Assembly: GCA_022750335.1 (NCBI GenBank)
Contig: JAKIVX010000004.1
Coordinates: forward strand, 5,162 to 69,161
Direction of reading: 5' to 3'
DNA from: Thermoplasmata archaeon
GTDB taxonomy: Archaea; Thermoplasmatota; Thermoplasmata; Lutacidiplasmatales; UBA184
DNA: 64,000 nucleotides
In this document: positions 47,455 to 56,271 of the stretch, piece by piece
Numbering within the stretch: the first letter of the stretch is position 1
How the letters are laid out: each line of letters starts with the position of its first letter
The notes under the pieces: generated by a model
What the model saw: only the letters and a program-made list of their open reading frames with translations
Told to the model about the DNA's origin: nothing
Database searches by the model: none
Position numbers and translations under genes: made by a program

Positions 47455-47751
47455 TCCTCAAAGTGCTCCCGGCAAGTGTCGTTCGGGCCGAAGGACGGCG
47501 AGTCGGCCATACCCGGTGATTTTGAACCGGGCAATAAAGCTCACGTAACGCGTGACCCGATGGAACCGGTTCAACGAGCAGTCTGCGCTCCGAGCGAAAG
47601 AGTCGAATCGAGCCGTTCGGCCCCCGGGGACAACGACAGAATGAACTTCTCGATTCGATGCCGATCGAACCGGTGCTCCGCGGCTAGGAAACAGGTGAGA
47701 CGAGCATCAAGCTGACCGAGTTTCGAGGCGGAACCAGCGACCCGTATTCGC

Positions 47752-48102
47752 TTACGAGTACTTCGCCCGCCACCGAGTGATAGGCCGGAAGATCTTCACG
47801 AGGTCGCGCCCCATGGGTGTGAGCCGGTATTCGACCCGCCGGGGGAGGACCCGAATCACGTCGCGACGGATGAGCCCCAACTTTTCCATCTGCTTCAGAC
47901 GGTCCGCGATCGTAGCCGTGTTGGCGCCCACACTCTCTCGAAGTTCGTTGAATCTTCGCGGGCTCTTCTCGACGAGCGCCCACAGTACACGAAGAACGTG
48001 CTTCTGACCGAGAAGCCGAAACGTCCCCTCGAAATCGCAGTGGGGGGCTACCGGCCGGGCACGGACGGTGGACATTGGGTTGGATGTACCCGCCCGGGTC
48101 AA
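47752..48102 (-). CDS. HxlR-family winged-helix transcriptional regulator
   Basis: GQKHVLRVLWALVEKSPRRFNELRESVGANTATIADRLKQMEKLGLIRR..RVEYRLTPMG. Start is TTG 48102 (leaderless geometry) or ATG 48075. Confidence 0.85.
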   Translation of the reverse strand: MTRAGTSNPMSTVRARPVAPHCDFEGTFRLLGQKHVLRVLWALVEKSPRRFNELRESVGANTATIADRLKQMEKLGLIRRDVIRVLPRRVEYRLTPMGRDLVKIFRPITRWRAKYS

Positions 48103-48170
48103 AAAGCTTACTACACTTTAATATTCAAAGCTTAAGTAGGTTCTATAATTGGTTTTCTTGGGTGCGCTCG
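48103..48170. promoter_or_regulatory. divergent promoter/operator region between hxlR and the Rieske genes
   Basis: The most AT-rich stretch in the window. It holds the octamer aaagctta twice (48103-48110, 48127-48134; core palindrome AAGCTT), 24 nt apart, bracketing tttaatatt. A second TATA-like ttctataatt lies 21-30 nt upstream of ATG 48171. Confidence 0.5.
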
Positions 48171-48563
48171 ATGCAATCCTGGCACGAAATCCACGGAGCG
48201 AATGGCTTGAAACCTGGCGATATGACCCACGGGAAAGCGAGCGGGGAGGACATCCTGGTGCTCAACCAGGGGGGCGAACTCCACGCGTACATCAATCGCT
48301 GTGGCCATATGAACGCCCCGCTGGACCTCGGGACCTTCAAGAGCGGAGTGGTGAAGTGTCCCCAACACAACGCGGTGTTCGACGCCCGGACCGGCGAAGT
48401 TCGCGGTCAACCTCAGTTTTCGATGCCCGGGATGGACAAACTCCCGCCGGAGTTCATGGAAGCCATGGCGCGAATGGCCCCGATATTTGCACGTACGGAG
48501 TGCCGACCGCTGACTCCTCTTCCCGTTGAAACCCTCGACGGAAAGGTTCGAGTCTGGGTGTAG
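48171..48563 (+). CDS. Rieske [2Fe-2S] domain protein (130 aa)
   Basis: CGH (RCGHMNAPL) and CPQH (KCPQHNAVF) ligand boxes. Confidence 0.85.
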   Translation: MQSWHEIHGANGLKPGDMTHGKASGEDILVLNQGGELHAYINRCGHMNAPLDLGTFKSGVVKCPQHNAVFDARTGEVRGQPQFSMPGMDKLPPEFMEAMARMAPIFARTECRPLTPLPVETLDGKVRVWV

Positions 48564-48576
48564 GCAAATCCATTCG

Positions 48577-48969
48577 ATGCAGTCCGTGACACCGACCTGG
48601 CAGCGTGTGGCCCCCCCTGGCCAGCCCTCGGAAGGCCTCACCCAATACGGAGAGTTGGCAGGGGGACGCCGCGTCCTGCTGGCCCGGGTCCAGGGGAAGG
48701 TCTACGCCACTCAGGCGAACTGTGGCCACATGCGTTTCCCCCTCGGAGATGGGAAGCTCGACGGAACCATCCTCACGTGCCCGCTCCACAAGGCCCAGTT
48801 CGACTTGACCACCGGGGCCGCGGTGAAGGGTCCCCAGATCCCCTTCCTCATCAAGGGCACGAAGATGGGAAGGGGAATCCTCTCCGTGGCGGCGGATCCT
48901 CTGCAGACCTACGAGGTCGACGAGCATACGGACGGGGTCTACGTGCGAGGGCGGGTAGCCGTTCAGTGA
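48577..48969 (+). CDS. Rieske [2Fe-2S] domain protein, tandem paralogue (130 aa)
   Basis: NCGHMRFPL and TCPLHKAQF. Same length as its neighbour, with a 13-nt gap. Confidence 0.85.
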   Translation: MQSVTPTWQRVAPPGQPSEGLTQYGELAGGRRVLLARVQGKVYATQANCGHMRFPLGDGKLDGTILTCPLHKAQFDLTTGAAVKGPQIPFLIKGTKMGRGILSVAADPLQTYEVDEHTDGVYVRGRVAVQ

Positions 48970-49047
48970 AATTCGGCCCCGCTTAGAACGGCAGTCCGAC
49001 TCCGAGTATCGGGCCGGCGTCGAGTGCGCCGGCGGGGCAGATTCAGG

Positions 49048-49130
49048 TGCCGGGGCCAGGATTTGAACCTGGGTACTCCTGCGAGAGCAGATCTTGAGTC
49101 TGCCGCCTTTGGCCGCTCGGCTACCCCGGC
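49048..49130 (-). tRNA. tRNA-Leu (anticodon CAA), class II, intron-less
   Basis: Minus strand reads GCCGGGGTAGCCGAGCGGCCAAAGGCGGCAGACTCAAGATCTGCTCTCGCAGGAGTACCCAGGTTCAAATCCTGGCCCCGGCA. It has a 7-bp acceptor stem, anticodon loop CTCAAGA, a long variable arm and T-loop TTCAAAT. CCA is not encoded. Confidence 0.93.
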
Positions 49131-49155
49131 GCAATCCTCCGGGAGCGCCGGGTCC

Positions 49156-49626
49156 TTATGCTTCTTCCGAGCCGTCGTCTTCGGTCGTATCGTCGTCTTC
49201 CTCGCTGACCGGACCGACCAGGACCCCCTGTTCGCGAGGGGCCCCCGTGGTAAATCCCTCCGGAGGTGAGGCGCCCGCTCGGCCCCGGCCGAGGGGCACG
49301 CGTCGCGCCCGCCCGCACGCGAGGCACGTCCGTATCCTTCGGCCTCCGCGCAACCGGGTCCGGACCGTCCGTCCCTCGACCCAGTAGGCCGAGCACCCGC
49401 GACAGTAAAGCTCTCGGTACTCCGCCGGGAGCCTCGCGTTGTATCGGGTCCCCACCCGGCGTGCCAACTGCACGTACCGGTCCGCGAGGTGACTGTCGGG
49501 TCGCTCCGACTCCCGTTCAGCCAGCGCGAATAGGTCGGCGATCCGTTCGCGGGCGATCCGGACCATGGCCGAGGTCCGGCGGCCCCGTCGGCCCCCGCGT
49601 TTCAGGGTCCCTGCGGTTGCTGACAT
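49156..49626 (-). CDS. rnp4: RNase P protein component 4 (Rpp21/Rpr2)
   Basis: IARERIADLFALAE..ADRYVQLARRVGTRYN plus the zinc ribbon YCRGCSAYW..RTCLACG. Acidic tail SEEDDDTTEDDGSEEA. Start is ATG 49626 or ATG 49566. Confidence 0.8.
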   Translation of the reverse strand: MSATAGTLKRGGRRGRRTSAMVRIARERIADLFALAERESERPDSHLADRYVQLARRVGTRYNARLPAEYRELYCRGCSAYWVEGRTVRTRLRGGRRIRTCLACGRARRVPLGRGRAGASPPEGFTTGAPREQGVLVGPVSEEDDDTTEDDGSEEA

Positions 49627-49979
49627 ACCGGACAATAGACCGCGGGCCGGGAGATGAGGGTCCCGCACCGAATGCAGTACTTCCCGTTCGGGGGTGGCGG
49701 CATCCGGGTGAGGTACTGAGGTGCGCTAGCCCATGCAGGAGGCAGAGGCGAGGGCCCGGAGGGAGCGGGAGGCGGCGTCGCGGGGGGGGACGCCGGCGGA
49801 GGGGGCGGACGGATCGGGGCCGTAGGAGTTGACGGAGGGGGGGAGCTCGGAGGAGGAGCAGACCCTACCGGAATCCCAGAGGAGATCGGCCCGTCCCCTT
49901 GGGGGAGGGTGAAACCGCATTTGGAGCAAAACAGCGCGCCGTCCGGGGCGAGCTGGCCGCAGTGAAGACAAACGGGCAC
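49602..49979 (-). CDS. double zinc-ribbon protein with proline-rich linker
   Basis: From GTG 49979 it reads VPVCLHCGQLAPDGALFCSKCG, then an ~70-aa P/S/A linker, then YCIRCGTLISRPAVYCPVCQ. The upstream part of the 219-aa track ORF overlaps the divergent gene and is discarded. Confidence 0.6.
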   Translation of the reverse strand: MPVCLHCGQLAPDGALFCSKCGFTLPQGDGPISSGIPVGSAPPPSSPPPSTPTAPIRPPPPPASPPATPPPAPSGPSPLPPAWASAPQYLTRMPPPPNGKYCIRCGTLISRPAVYCPVCQQPQGP

Positions 49980-49990
49980 GCCGGCAGCAA

Positions 49991-50006
49991 GGTATATGCG
50001 ATATTT
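49991..50006. promoter_or_regulatory. back-to-back TATA boxes (gtatatgcgatattt)
   Basis: gtatatgc is ~27-30 nt from GTG 50025 on the plus strand. aaatatcg on the minus strand is ~24 nt from GTG 49979. The two start codons are only 45 nt apart. Confidence 0.45.
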
Positions 50007-50024
50007 GACCGTCAGGGAGGTCCG

Positions 50025-50828
50025 GTGAGACTTCGGTCGGTCGCGCTCGTTACCCGGGACCCGGCTCTCTACGGAGAGCTCGCGGGGCTTCTGCGGGAGC
50101 GACGTTGGCCCACGGTGAGCCTCCTTCCTGGTCAACGCATCCCCGAGAGCGTTGCGGTCGTGCTCACGTCGGCCGCGGAAGCGGACTCGATCGCTCATCG
50201 ACGGGTCTTGAGCGTCACGCCCGATGGCGATCATCGGGCGCTTGGCGCCGCGGTGGCGCATGCCCTTGAAGCCGGAGATCCACAGGAGGAGATCATCGTC
50301 GGCATCGACCCCGGACCGCGCCCCGGGTATGCCGTCTGGGTAGGCAGCTCTTGCCTCGGAGAGGGTAATCTCGAATCACCCGAAGCCATCACGCCCTTTG
50401 CGAGCCAGATCCACCACCGGTTCCCGTCGCGCCACGTATTGTTTCGAGTCGGAGCCGGCGACCCCCCCGACCGAAACCGGATCGTGAACGAGCTCCTCGC
50501 CCACCAACGCGCGATCGAGGTCGTGGACGAGCATCGCACGACGCCGCGCGGCCATCGACGCCCCCGGGACGCGGCCGCGGCCCGATCGATCGCCCGGATC
50601 CCCGGCGATACCGTGCGGGAACGCATTCCCCTCACCTTCACTCCCGGCGAGATATCGAACTTGCAGCGGCTCAGCCGCGAACGAAGCGGAGGACGCTTCA
50701 CGATCTCCCGGATCACGGCCGTCCGAGTGTTGCGGGGAGAGGTCTCTTTGGGCGAGGCGGTGGACGCGGGCGTCCTTCCACGCCCCCGCGTCCTACCTCG
50801 AGGCCGGCGCCCCTCGGAACCCCTTTAA
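50025..50828 (+). CDS. predicted RNase H-fold (RuvC/YqgF-like) nuclease
   Basis: IIVGIDPGPRPGYAVWV...VLFRVGAGDPPDRNRIVNEL...IEVVDEHRTT follows the D..(G)..D/E spacing of RuvX/YqgF-type folds, with an N-terminal alpha/beta domain and a C-terminal helical tail. Start GTG 50025 is inferred from the promoter geometry. Confidence 0.5.
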   Translation: MRLRSVALVTRDPALYGELAGLLRERRWPTVSLLPGQRIPESVAVVLTSAAEADSIAHRRVLSVTPDGDHRALGAAVAHALEAGDPQEEIIVGIDPGPRPGYAVWVGSSCLGEGNLESPEAITPFASQIHHRFPSRHVLFRVGAGDPPDRNRIVNELLAHQRAIEVVDEHRTTPRGHRRPRDAAAARSIARIPGDTVRERIPLTFTPGEISNLQRLSRERSGGRFTISRITAVRVLRGEVSLGEAVDAGVLPRPRVLPRGRRPSEPL

Positions 50829-50851
50829 TCCACCCGCCACTCGGAGCCCTC

Positions 50852-52582
50852 GTGACGGTTCCTGCCGAGGTTCGGACCCGCGCGCTGCGTCTCGCTCTCG
50901 AGAACGCGGTCGCGCACGACGGGGCCGCGCGCGTCGAGCCGATCGTCGGGCGTCTCCTCGCGACGGACCCCACGCTCCGGCCCCTGGCAGCCGAATTGCG
51001 GGACCTGGTGTCGGCCGTGGTCGCGGACGTCCTCGCCATCCCGGGACCGGAGCTGGCCGACCGCCTCGCGCAACTGGGCGGCCCGGAGGCCGCACGTCCC
51101 CGGGAGGCGGCCAGCACGGGGGGCGATTTCCCGGACCTTGTCGGGGCCGTCCCAGGAAAGGTCGTGCTCCGGCTCGCCCCGTTCCCCAGCGGCGCTCTCC
51201 ACATCGGCCACGGCCGAATGCTCTTCATCAACCAGCATTACCGGGAGCAGTACCGGGGCAAGATCTACCTCGTCTTTGACGACACGATCGGTTCGGAGGA
51301 GAAGCGGGTCGAGACCGAGTTTTTCGGATTGATCGAGGAGGACCTCGCGTCCGCCGGGGTTCGGCCGGATGCGGTCTACTACAAGTCCGACCGGATCCCC
51401 AACTTCTATCCGTGGGCCCGTCGGGTCATCGACAAGGGCGGCGCCTACGTCTGCACTTGTCCGGCCGAGCTCCTGCGCGAGAACCGGGCGCACGGAGTCG
51501 CGTGCGCCCACCGGACGCAGACGCACGACGAGACGGTGGAAGAGTGGGAGCGGATGTTGGCGAACGCCTACGGGCCGGGGGAGGCGGTCTTGCGCCTGCG
51601 TACCAATCTCGCGGACCCCGACCCCGCCTTCCGCGACCGGGTGCTGCTCCGCATCAGCGACATCGACCACCCCCGGGTGGGGACGAAGTACCGGATCTGG
51701 CCGATGCTCGAGTTCTCGTGGGCGGTAGACGACATCGAGCTCGGGATCACGCACGTCATCCGCGGCAAGGACCTCGTCATCGAGGACCGAATGCAACGGT
51801 ACATCTGGGACCTCCTCGGGATCACCGGCCCGCCGTTCCTGCACTGGGGCATCCTGCGGGTGCGGGAAGCCAAGGTGGCGAAGAGCAAGGCCTACCGTGA
51901 GGTAAAGTCGGGCCAGTTCGACGGGTGGGCGGACCCACGGACCTGGTCCCTCCGATCTCTGGACCGCCGGGGAATCTCGATGGAGGCCCTCCGCGCGTTC
52001 ATCCTCTCCTTCGGCATGTCCCTGTCGGACATCGAGGTACCCGCCGAGACGCTCTACTCCGAGAACCGAAAACGCATCGACGCGACCACGGTCCGGCGCG
52101 CGTTCGTCGCCGACCCGGTCCGAGTGGAGGTGGAGGCGTTTCCCGACGGTCTGGAGACCGTGGTCCTGGCCAACCATCCCGAGCGAGCCGAACTCGGAAC
52201 GCGCCGCGTGCCCACGGGGCCCGAGTTCTTCCTCGCCCGTCGGGACCTCGAAGGAAAGGGCGGGACCGAAGTTCGCCTCAAGGATCTCATCAACATCGAG
52301 CTTCCGAGCACGGTCCCGGCGCCGGGGCAACCGCTCCGAGCCCGATTCACCAGCCGCGAGAATAAACGGATCCCGCGACTTCAGTGGGTGGGCGCCCAGG
52401 GCGCACTCCCGGTCGACATCCTGGGCATCGAGGGCGAGCACACGGCGGGCCTGGGGGAGGCCACCCTCGCGGAAGCGAAGCCTCGGGACATCCTCCAGTT
52501 CGAACGGGTCGGCTTCGTTCGCGTCGAGCAGAATTGGGTTCCGGGCACGAGTCCCCTTCGGGTCGCGTTCGGCCATCCCTGA
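50852..52582 (+). CDS. gltX: glutamate--tRNA ligase (archaeal/eukaryal type)
   Basis: RLAPFPSGALHIGHG (HIGH), WPMLEFSWAVDDIELGITHVIRGKD, and VAKSK (KMSKS-like). 576 aa. Confidence 0.92.
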   Translation: MTVPAEVRTRALRLALENAVAHDGAARVEPIVGRLLATDPTLRPLAAELRDLVSAVVADVLAIPGPELADRLAQLGGPEAARPREAASTGGDFPDLVGAVPGKVVLRLAPFPSGALHIGHGRMLFINQHYREQYRGKIYLVFDDTIGSEEKRVETEFFGLIEEDLASAGVRPDAVYYKSDRIPNFYPWARRVIDKGGAYVCTCPAELLRENRAHGVACAHRTQTHDETVEEWERMLANAYGPGEAVLRLRTNLADPDPAFRDRVLLRISDIDHPRVGTKYRIWPMLEFSWAVDDIELGITHVIRGKDLVIEDRMQRYIWDLLGITGPPFLHWGILRVREAKVAKSKAYREVKSGQFDGWADPRTWSLRSLDRRGISMEALRAFILSFGMSLSDIEVPAETLYSENRKRIDATTVRRAFVADPVRVEVEAFPDGLETVVLANHPERAELGTRRVPTGPEFFLARRDLEGKGGTEVRLKDLINIELPSTVPAPGQPLRARFTSRENKRIPRLQWVGAQGALPVDILGIEGEHTAGLGEATLAEAKPRDILQFERVGFVRVEQNWVPGTSPLRVAFGHP

Positions 52583-52631
52583 CCTCCAACCGAACCTTTA
52601 GGTGCGAGGACCGGAATCCCCGGCTCGGTCC

Positions 52632-53021
52632 ATGAAGTTCCTGCATACGTCGATCACGGTCCGCTCGATGGACGAAAGCCTCCGTTTCTACACCGAGGTT
52701 CTCGGTCTCGAGTTCGAGCGGCGTCGGACGATTCCGGAAAACAAGGCCGAGATCGCCTTTGTCAAGGACCCGGTCTCGGGCGGACGGGTCGAACTCACCC
52801 ATTGGGACGGCAAGGACACGTTCGAGGCCGGCGAGCAGCTCGACCACCTCGCGTTCGAGGTGGAGGACTTGGACCGCTTCCTGATGCGGATGCGGACGAA
52901 AGGGATCCGCATCGCGAAGGAGCCCTACCAGATCTCGGGAGGGACCACCCGCCTCGCCTTCATCCTCGACCCCAACGACGTCTGGATCGAGCTGATCGAA
53001 CGGGCCAAGGCGCCCGGCTGA
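52632..53021 (+). CDS. VOC/glyoxalase I family protein
   Basis: MKFLHTSITVRSMDESLRFYTEVLGL and DHLAFEVEDLD. 129 aa. Confidence 0.8.
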   Translation: MKFLHTSITVRSMDESLRFYTEVLGLEFERRRTIPENKAEIAFVKDPVSGGRVELTHWDGKDTFEAGEQLDHLAFEVEDLDRFLMRMRTKGIRIAKEPYQISGGTTRLAFILDPNDVWIELIERAKAPG

Positions 53022-53031
53022 TCTCCGGACC

Positions 53032-54282
53032 GTGCCTTCTTCGACGGGCGAACCGCCGTCCACCGAGTTCCGGCGCCCGATCTCGGCGGTCCTGATCGCG
53101 ACCTTCTTCGTCCGGTTCGGGTTCGGCCTCACCCTCGCCGTCTTCGCGAGCTACATCGTCGGGCGGTCCACCGGACTCGGCGGGAGCGATGTCGGGGTCG
53201 CCGGTCTCGTCAGCGCGATGGCTCCGGTGGGAGAGTTTTCCACCGTCCTCGTCTCCGGCGCCCTGGCCGACCGCTACGGCCGGTGGCCGGTGCTCCTGAC
53301 GGGAATGGCAGGGGCGGCGATCCTGTTCGCTCTGGCCGCGACCACCCGAAACCGGTTGGACCTAGGCGCGATCAACCTGTTCTTCGGGTTCGCGAGCGGC
53401 GCGATCCTCGCCTCCAGCCTCGCCGTGGTGGGCGACCGGGCCGACGCGTCCCACCGGGGGTACGAGATGGGCCGGTTCGATGCGATGAACCTGTTTGGGT
53501 GGGTCGGAGGGTTTGCGCTCGGCTTCGGGCTGCTCGGGGCGCTGCCGAACGACCGTCTCGACCTCGTATTCGTGGGGGGAGCCGTCGCGCTCGCCGGCGG
53601 TCTGGGCGTGACGCTCGTGCTCATTCGCGGCGCCGCGACCTACCGCGGCACGACGGCGTTCGACCTGGAGAGCGTGCTCGGGAACGTCTTTCGCCGAAGC
53701 GTGCTGCTGGTGACGCTCCCCTGGCTCGTGATCTACATGCTCATCGGGACCGCCCTCGTGTTCCTGGGGACCGCCGCGGAAGGCATCGGGATCTCGACCA
53801 CCTACCTCGCTATCGCGATCGGGGGAGGCGGCGCACTGTTGGTCGTCACGCAGCCGTACTACGGGGGGCTGGCAGACCGGTTCGGCCGAAATCGACTCAT
53901 GACGGTGGGAGCGGCAGGATTTGTCGGGGCGATGCTCTGCGCGTCGCTCCTGCTGGCCTACGGCACGAATCTCCTCGTTCTCGGAGGGCTCGGGGTCAGC
54001 ATCCTGTTGGCGCTCGCGTACGGTCCGGCCGCCCTCGCGGCGCTCGCGGACCTGACCCTCCTGATGAGTCGGGCGACGACGATGGCGATCTACTCCCTCA
54101 CTATCTCGCTCGGAATGCTCGTGGGTCTGATCGCCTCGACGTACCTCTACGCCCATTTCGGCGACGTGGGGATCTACATCTTTTTCACGTTCGTCTCGGT
54201 CGGTTTGGTGCTCCTGACCGTGGCCCGTCTCCGGGACCGGCCGCAGGTCCTCCCCGGGACGCCTACGACTCCGGCTCGATGA
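53032..54282 (+). CDS. MFS transporter
   Basis: 416 aa, about 12 TM helices, with GALADRYGRWP and GGLADRFGRNR loop motifs. Confidence 0.85.
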   Translation: MPSSTGEPPSTEFRRPISAVLIATFFVRFGFGLTLAVFASYIVGRSTGLGGSDVGVAGLVSAMAPVGEFSTVLVSGALADRYGRWPVLLTGMAGAAILFALAATTRNRLDLGAINLFFGFASGAILASSLAVVGDRADASHRGYEMGRFDAMNLFGWVGGFALGFGLLGALPNDRLDLVFVGGAVALAGGLGVTLVLIRGAATYRGTTAFDLESVLGNVFRRSVLLVTLPWLVIYMLIGTALVFLGTAAEGIGISTTYLAIAIGGGGALLVVTQPYYGGLADRFGRNRLMTVGAAGFVGAMLCASLLLAYGTNLLVLGGLGVSILLALAYGPAALAALADLTLLMSRATTMAIYSLTISLGMLVGLIASTYLYAHFGDVGIYIFFTFVSVGLVLLTVARLRDRPQVLPGTPTTPAR

Positions 54283-55147
54283 CGACGTGGTGTACGGTCG
54301 GCCGGACCTGCCGGATGGCGGCCGTCACCCGGTCGATCGTCTGCTCGATCTGATCGGTCGTGAGACCGTCCTGGAAGTTGATCCGAAGCGCGAGCAGGGC
54401 ATCGTCGGGTCCGAGGAGCATGGAGTACAGGCCTCGGACCTTCGCGACCCGAGGGTCGCGTTCGACGATCGAGAGGATCGCACGCGTGTCGGCCGGCTGG
54501 AGCGCGCGTCCGACCAGGTACTCCCGGCTTTCGGCGCTCAATACCACCCCGGCCGCGAACAGGATCAGCCCCTCGACGACCGCCGTGAACCCGTCCACGG
54601 CGTTGTTGCCCGTCTTGTAGACGACCAGCAACCCGACGAACGCCGCGACGGACCCCACGATCGCGACCAGGTCCTGGTAGAAAATGGACTTCAACCCCTG
54701 GTTGGCCGACGCCAGCAGGGAGCCGAGCGTTTCCCGCGAATGGCGGAGCTCGCGGAGCGTGATGTAGATCCCGGCGAGGCTCGCGAGGACCGTGCCCCCG
54801 ACGACGATGAGTCCGTATCCGATGTGCGTGACCTTCACCGGCGACGAGAGTTGTTCGAAACCGATCGTCAGGGCGAGGAGGCCGGCGACGGTGAAGGTGA
54901 CCACGATCGAAACGAACGCCCAGAAGAACCGTTCCCGGCCGTGGCCGAACGGACGGTCGTAGTCGGCGGGACGTCGGGACAGATAGAGCCCCCAGAGGAG
55001 GAAGGCGCTGCCCACGAGGTCGGTAATGGTGTAGATCGCCTGGGACAATACCGCCCGGCTCCCCGAAAGCAGGGCGACGGTGAGGTTGACCGCGAACAGG
55101 GACGCGTTCAACAGGAGGGTGGCGATGATGATGACCTGGGGACGCAT
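54263..55147 (-). CDS. cation diffusion facilitator (CDF) family transporter
   Basis: Six TM helices plus a C-terminal cytoplasmic domain, with LSQAIYTITDL and PFGHGRERF. 20-nt convergent overlap with the MFS gene. Confidence 0.85.
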   Translation of the reverse strand: MRPQVIIIATLLLNASLFAVNLTVALLSGSRAVLSQAIYTITDLVGSAFLLWGLYLSRRPADYDRPFGHGRERFFWAFVSIVVTFTVAGLLALTIGFEQLSSPVKVTHIGYGLIVVGGTVLASLAGIYITLRELRHSRETLGSLLASANQGLKSIFYQDLVAIVGSVAAFVGLLVVYKTGNNAVDGFTAVVEGLILFAAGVVLSAESREYLVGRALQPADTRAILSIVERDPRVAKVRGLYSMLLGPDDALLALRINFQDGLTTDQIEQTIDRVTAAIRQVRPTVHHVVIEPES

Positions 55148-55247
55148 CCGGATCCCGGGTGCTCCTCCGGGGTTGGACCTAGCGTGGGCCGGCGGTTAAT
55201 CCTTCTGGAATCGACCGACCTCGACCCTCGGGGGCCTCAAGGACCAA

Positions 55248-55257
55248 GCATTAAATC
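55248..55257 (+). promoter_or_regulatory. TATA-like element upstream of fbaB
   Basis: gcattaaatc lies 35-40 nt upstream of GTG 55291. Confidence 0.3.
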
Positions 55258-55290
55258 GCGCCGCCCGCTGCCCGCGTCCGAGGGCAGAAA

Positions 55291-56271
55291 GTGAGCGATT
55301 CGACCGCACACACCCCGACAAATCCCCCCGGCGTCGGAACCGGCTCCTCCTCGGTCAAGAACCCTCGGTACCCTCGGGTTCCCCTCTCCAAGCTCGGACT
55401 CTCGCCGGGGAAACGGACCCGACTGAAGCGCCTCCTCTACGACTACGGACCGGGCGGTGGTACCCTCTTGGTCCTCCCGATCGACCAGGGCCTCGAACAC
55501 GGCCCCGTCGATTTCTTCGCCAATCCGGCGGCCCTCGACCCCGCGTACCAGTACGACCTGGCCAAGGAGGGTAAATTCAGCGCGATCGCGCTCCACATCG
55601 GCCTGGCGGAGAAGTACTTCCACGAGTACGCGGGCGAGGTCCCGCTCATCCTCAAGCTGAATGGAAAGACGAGCATCCCCTCCGATGCCCAATCGTTCAG
55701 TTCGCTGACCGGAACGGTCGAGGACGCGGTCCGCTTGGGTGCCGACGCCGTCGGGTACACGGTCTATGTGGGCTCGCCGGCCCAGGACCGGGACTTCCTC
55801 CAGTTCGCCCAAGTCCGGGAGCAGGCCGACCGGTTCGGGATGCCGGTCATCGTATGGGCGTACCCCCGGGGCGAAGCGGTCGCGAAGAAGGGCGGGAAGG
55901 AGAGCCTCTACGCGATCGACTATTCCGCACGCGTGGCGCTCGAATTGGGCGCGGACATCGTGAAGATCAACTACCCGGTCCCCTCGGAGAAGGACAAGGA
56001 CAGTCCGCCGCCGTACAACACCCTCCAGCTCTCGCATTTTGAGATGTTCCGCAAGGTGGTCGAGAGCGCCGGTCGGAGCCTGGTCCTCGTCTCGGGTGGG
56101 GAGAAGGTCGACGACGCCGAGCTCCTCGACAAGGTCCGCTCCTCGATGGACGCCGGGGCGACCGGGATCATCTTCGGCCGGAACTTGTGGCAACGACCGA
56201 AGGCCGAAGCCCTCCGCCTGACCCGAGAATTGCATGCGATCTTCCGAGGATACGCCGAGCCCCTCGCCTAG
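55291..56271 (+). CDS. fbaB: class I fructose-bisphosphate aldolase, DhnA/FbaB family
   Basis: LVLPIDQGLEHGP, ILKLNG, DAVGYTVYVGS, VIVWAYPRG, ADIVKINYP and IFGRNLWQ run parallel to E. coli FbaB. Confidence 0.85.
   Translation: MSDSTAHTPTNPPGVGTGSSSVKNPRYPRVPLSKLGLSPGKRTRLKRLLYDYGPGGGTLLVLPIDQGLEHGPVDFFANPAALDPAYQYDLAKEGKFSAIALHIGLAEKYFHEYAGEVPLILKLNGKTSIPSDAQSFSSLTGTVEDAVRLGADAVGYTVYVGSPAQDRDFLQFAQVREQADRFGMPVIVWAYPRGEAVAKKGGKESLYAIDYSARVALELGADIVKINYPVPSEKDKDSPPPYNTLQLSHFEMFRKVVESAGRSLVLVSGGEKVDDAELLDKVRSSMDAGATGIIFGRNLWQRPKAEALRLTRELHAIFRGYAEPLA

Noticed and set aside
47455-47751. RNase P RNA, SRP RNA, C/D box sRNA or an intron-containing tRNA in the long spacer
   Set aside because: I found no GGAAAGUCC-type CR-I block, no SRP helix-8 motif and no RUGAUGA/CUGA box pair. 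The T-arm-like CCCGG-TTCAAAATCA-CCGGG has a 10-nt loop and no matching acceptor or anticodon arms.
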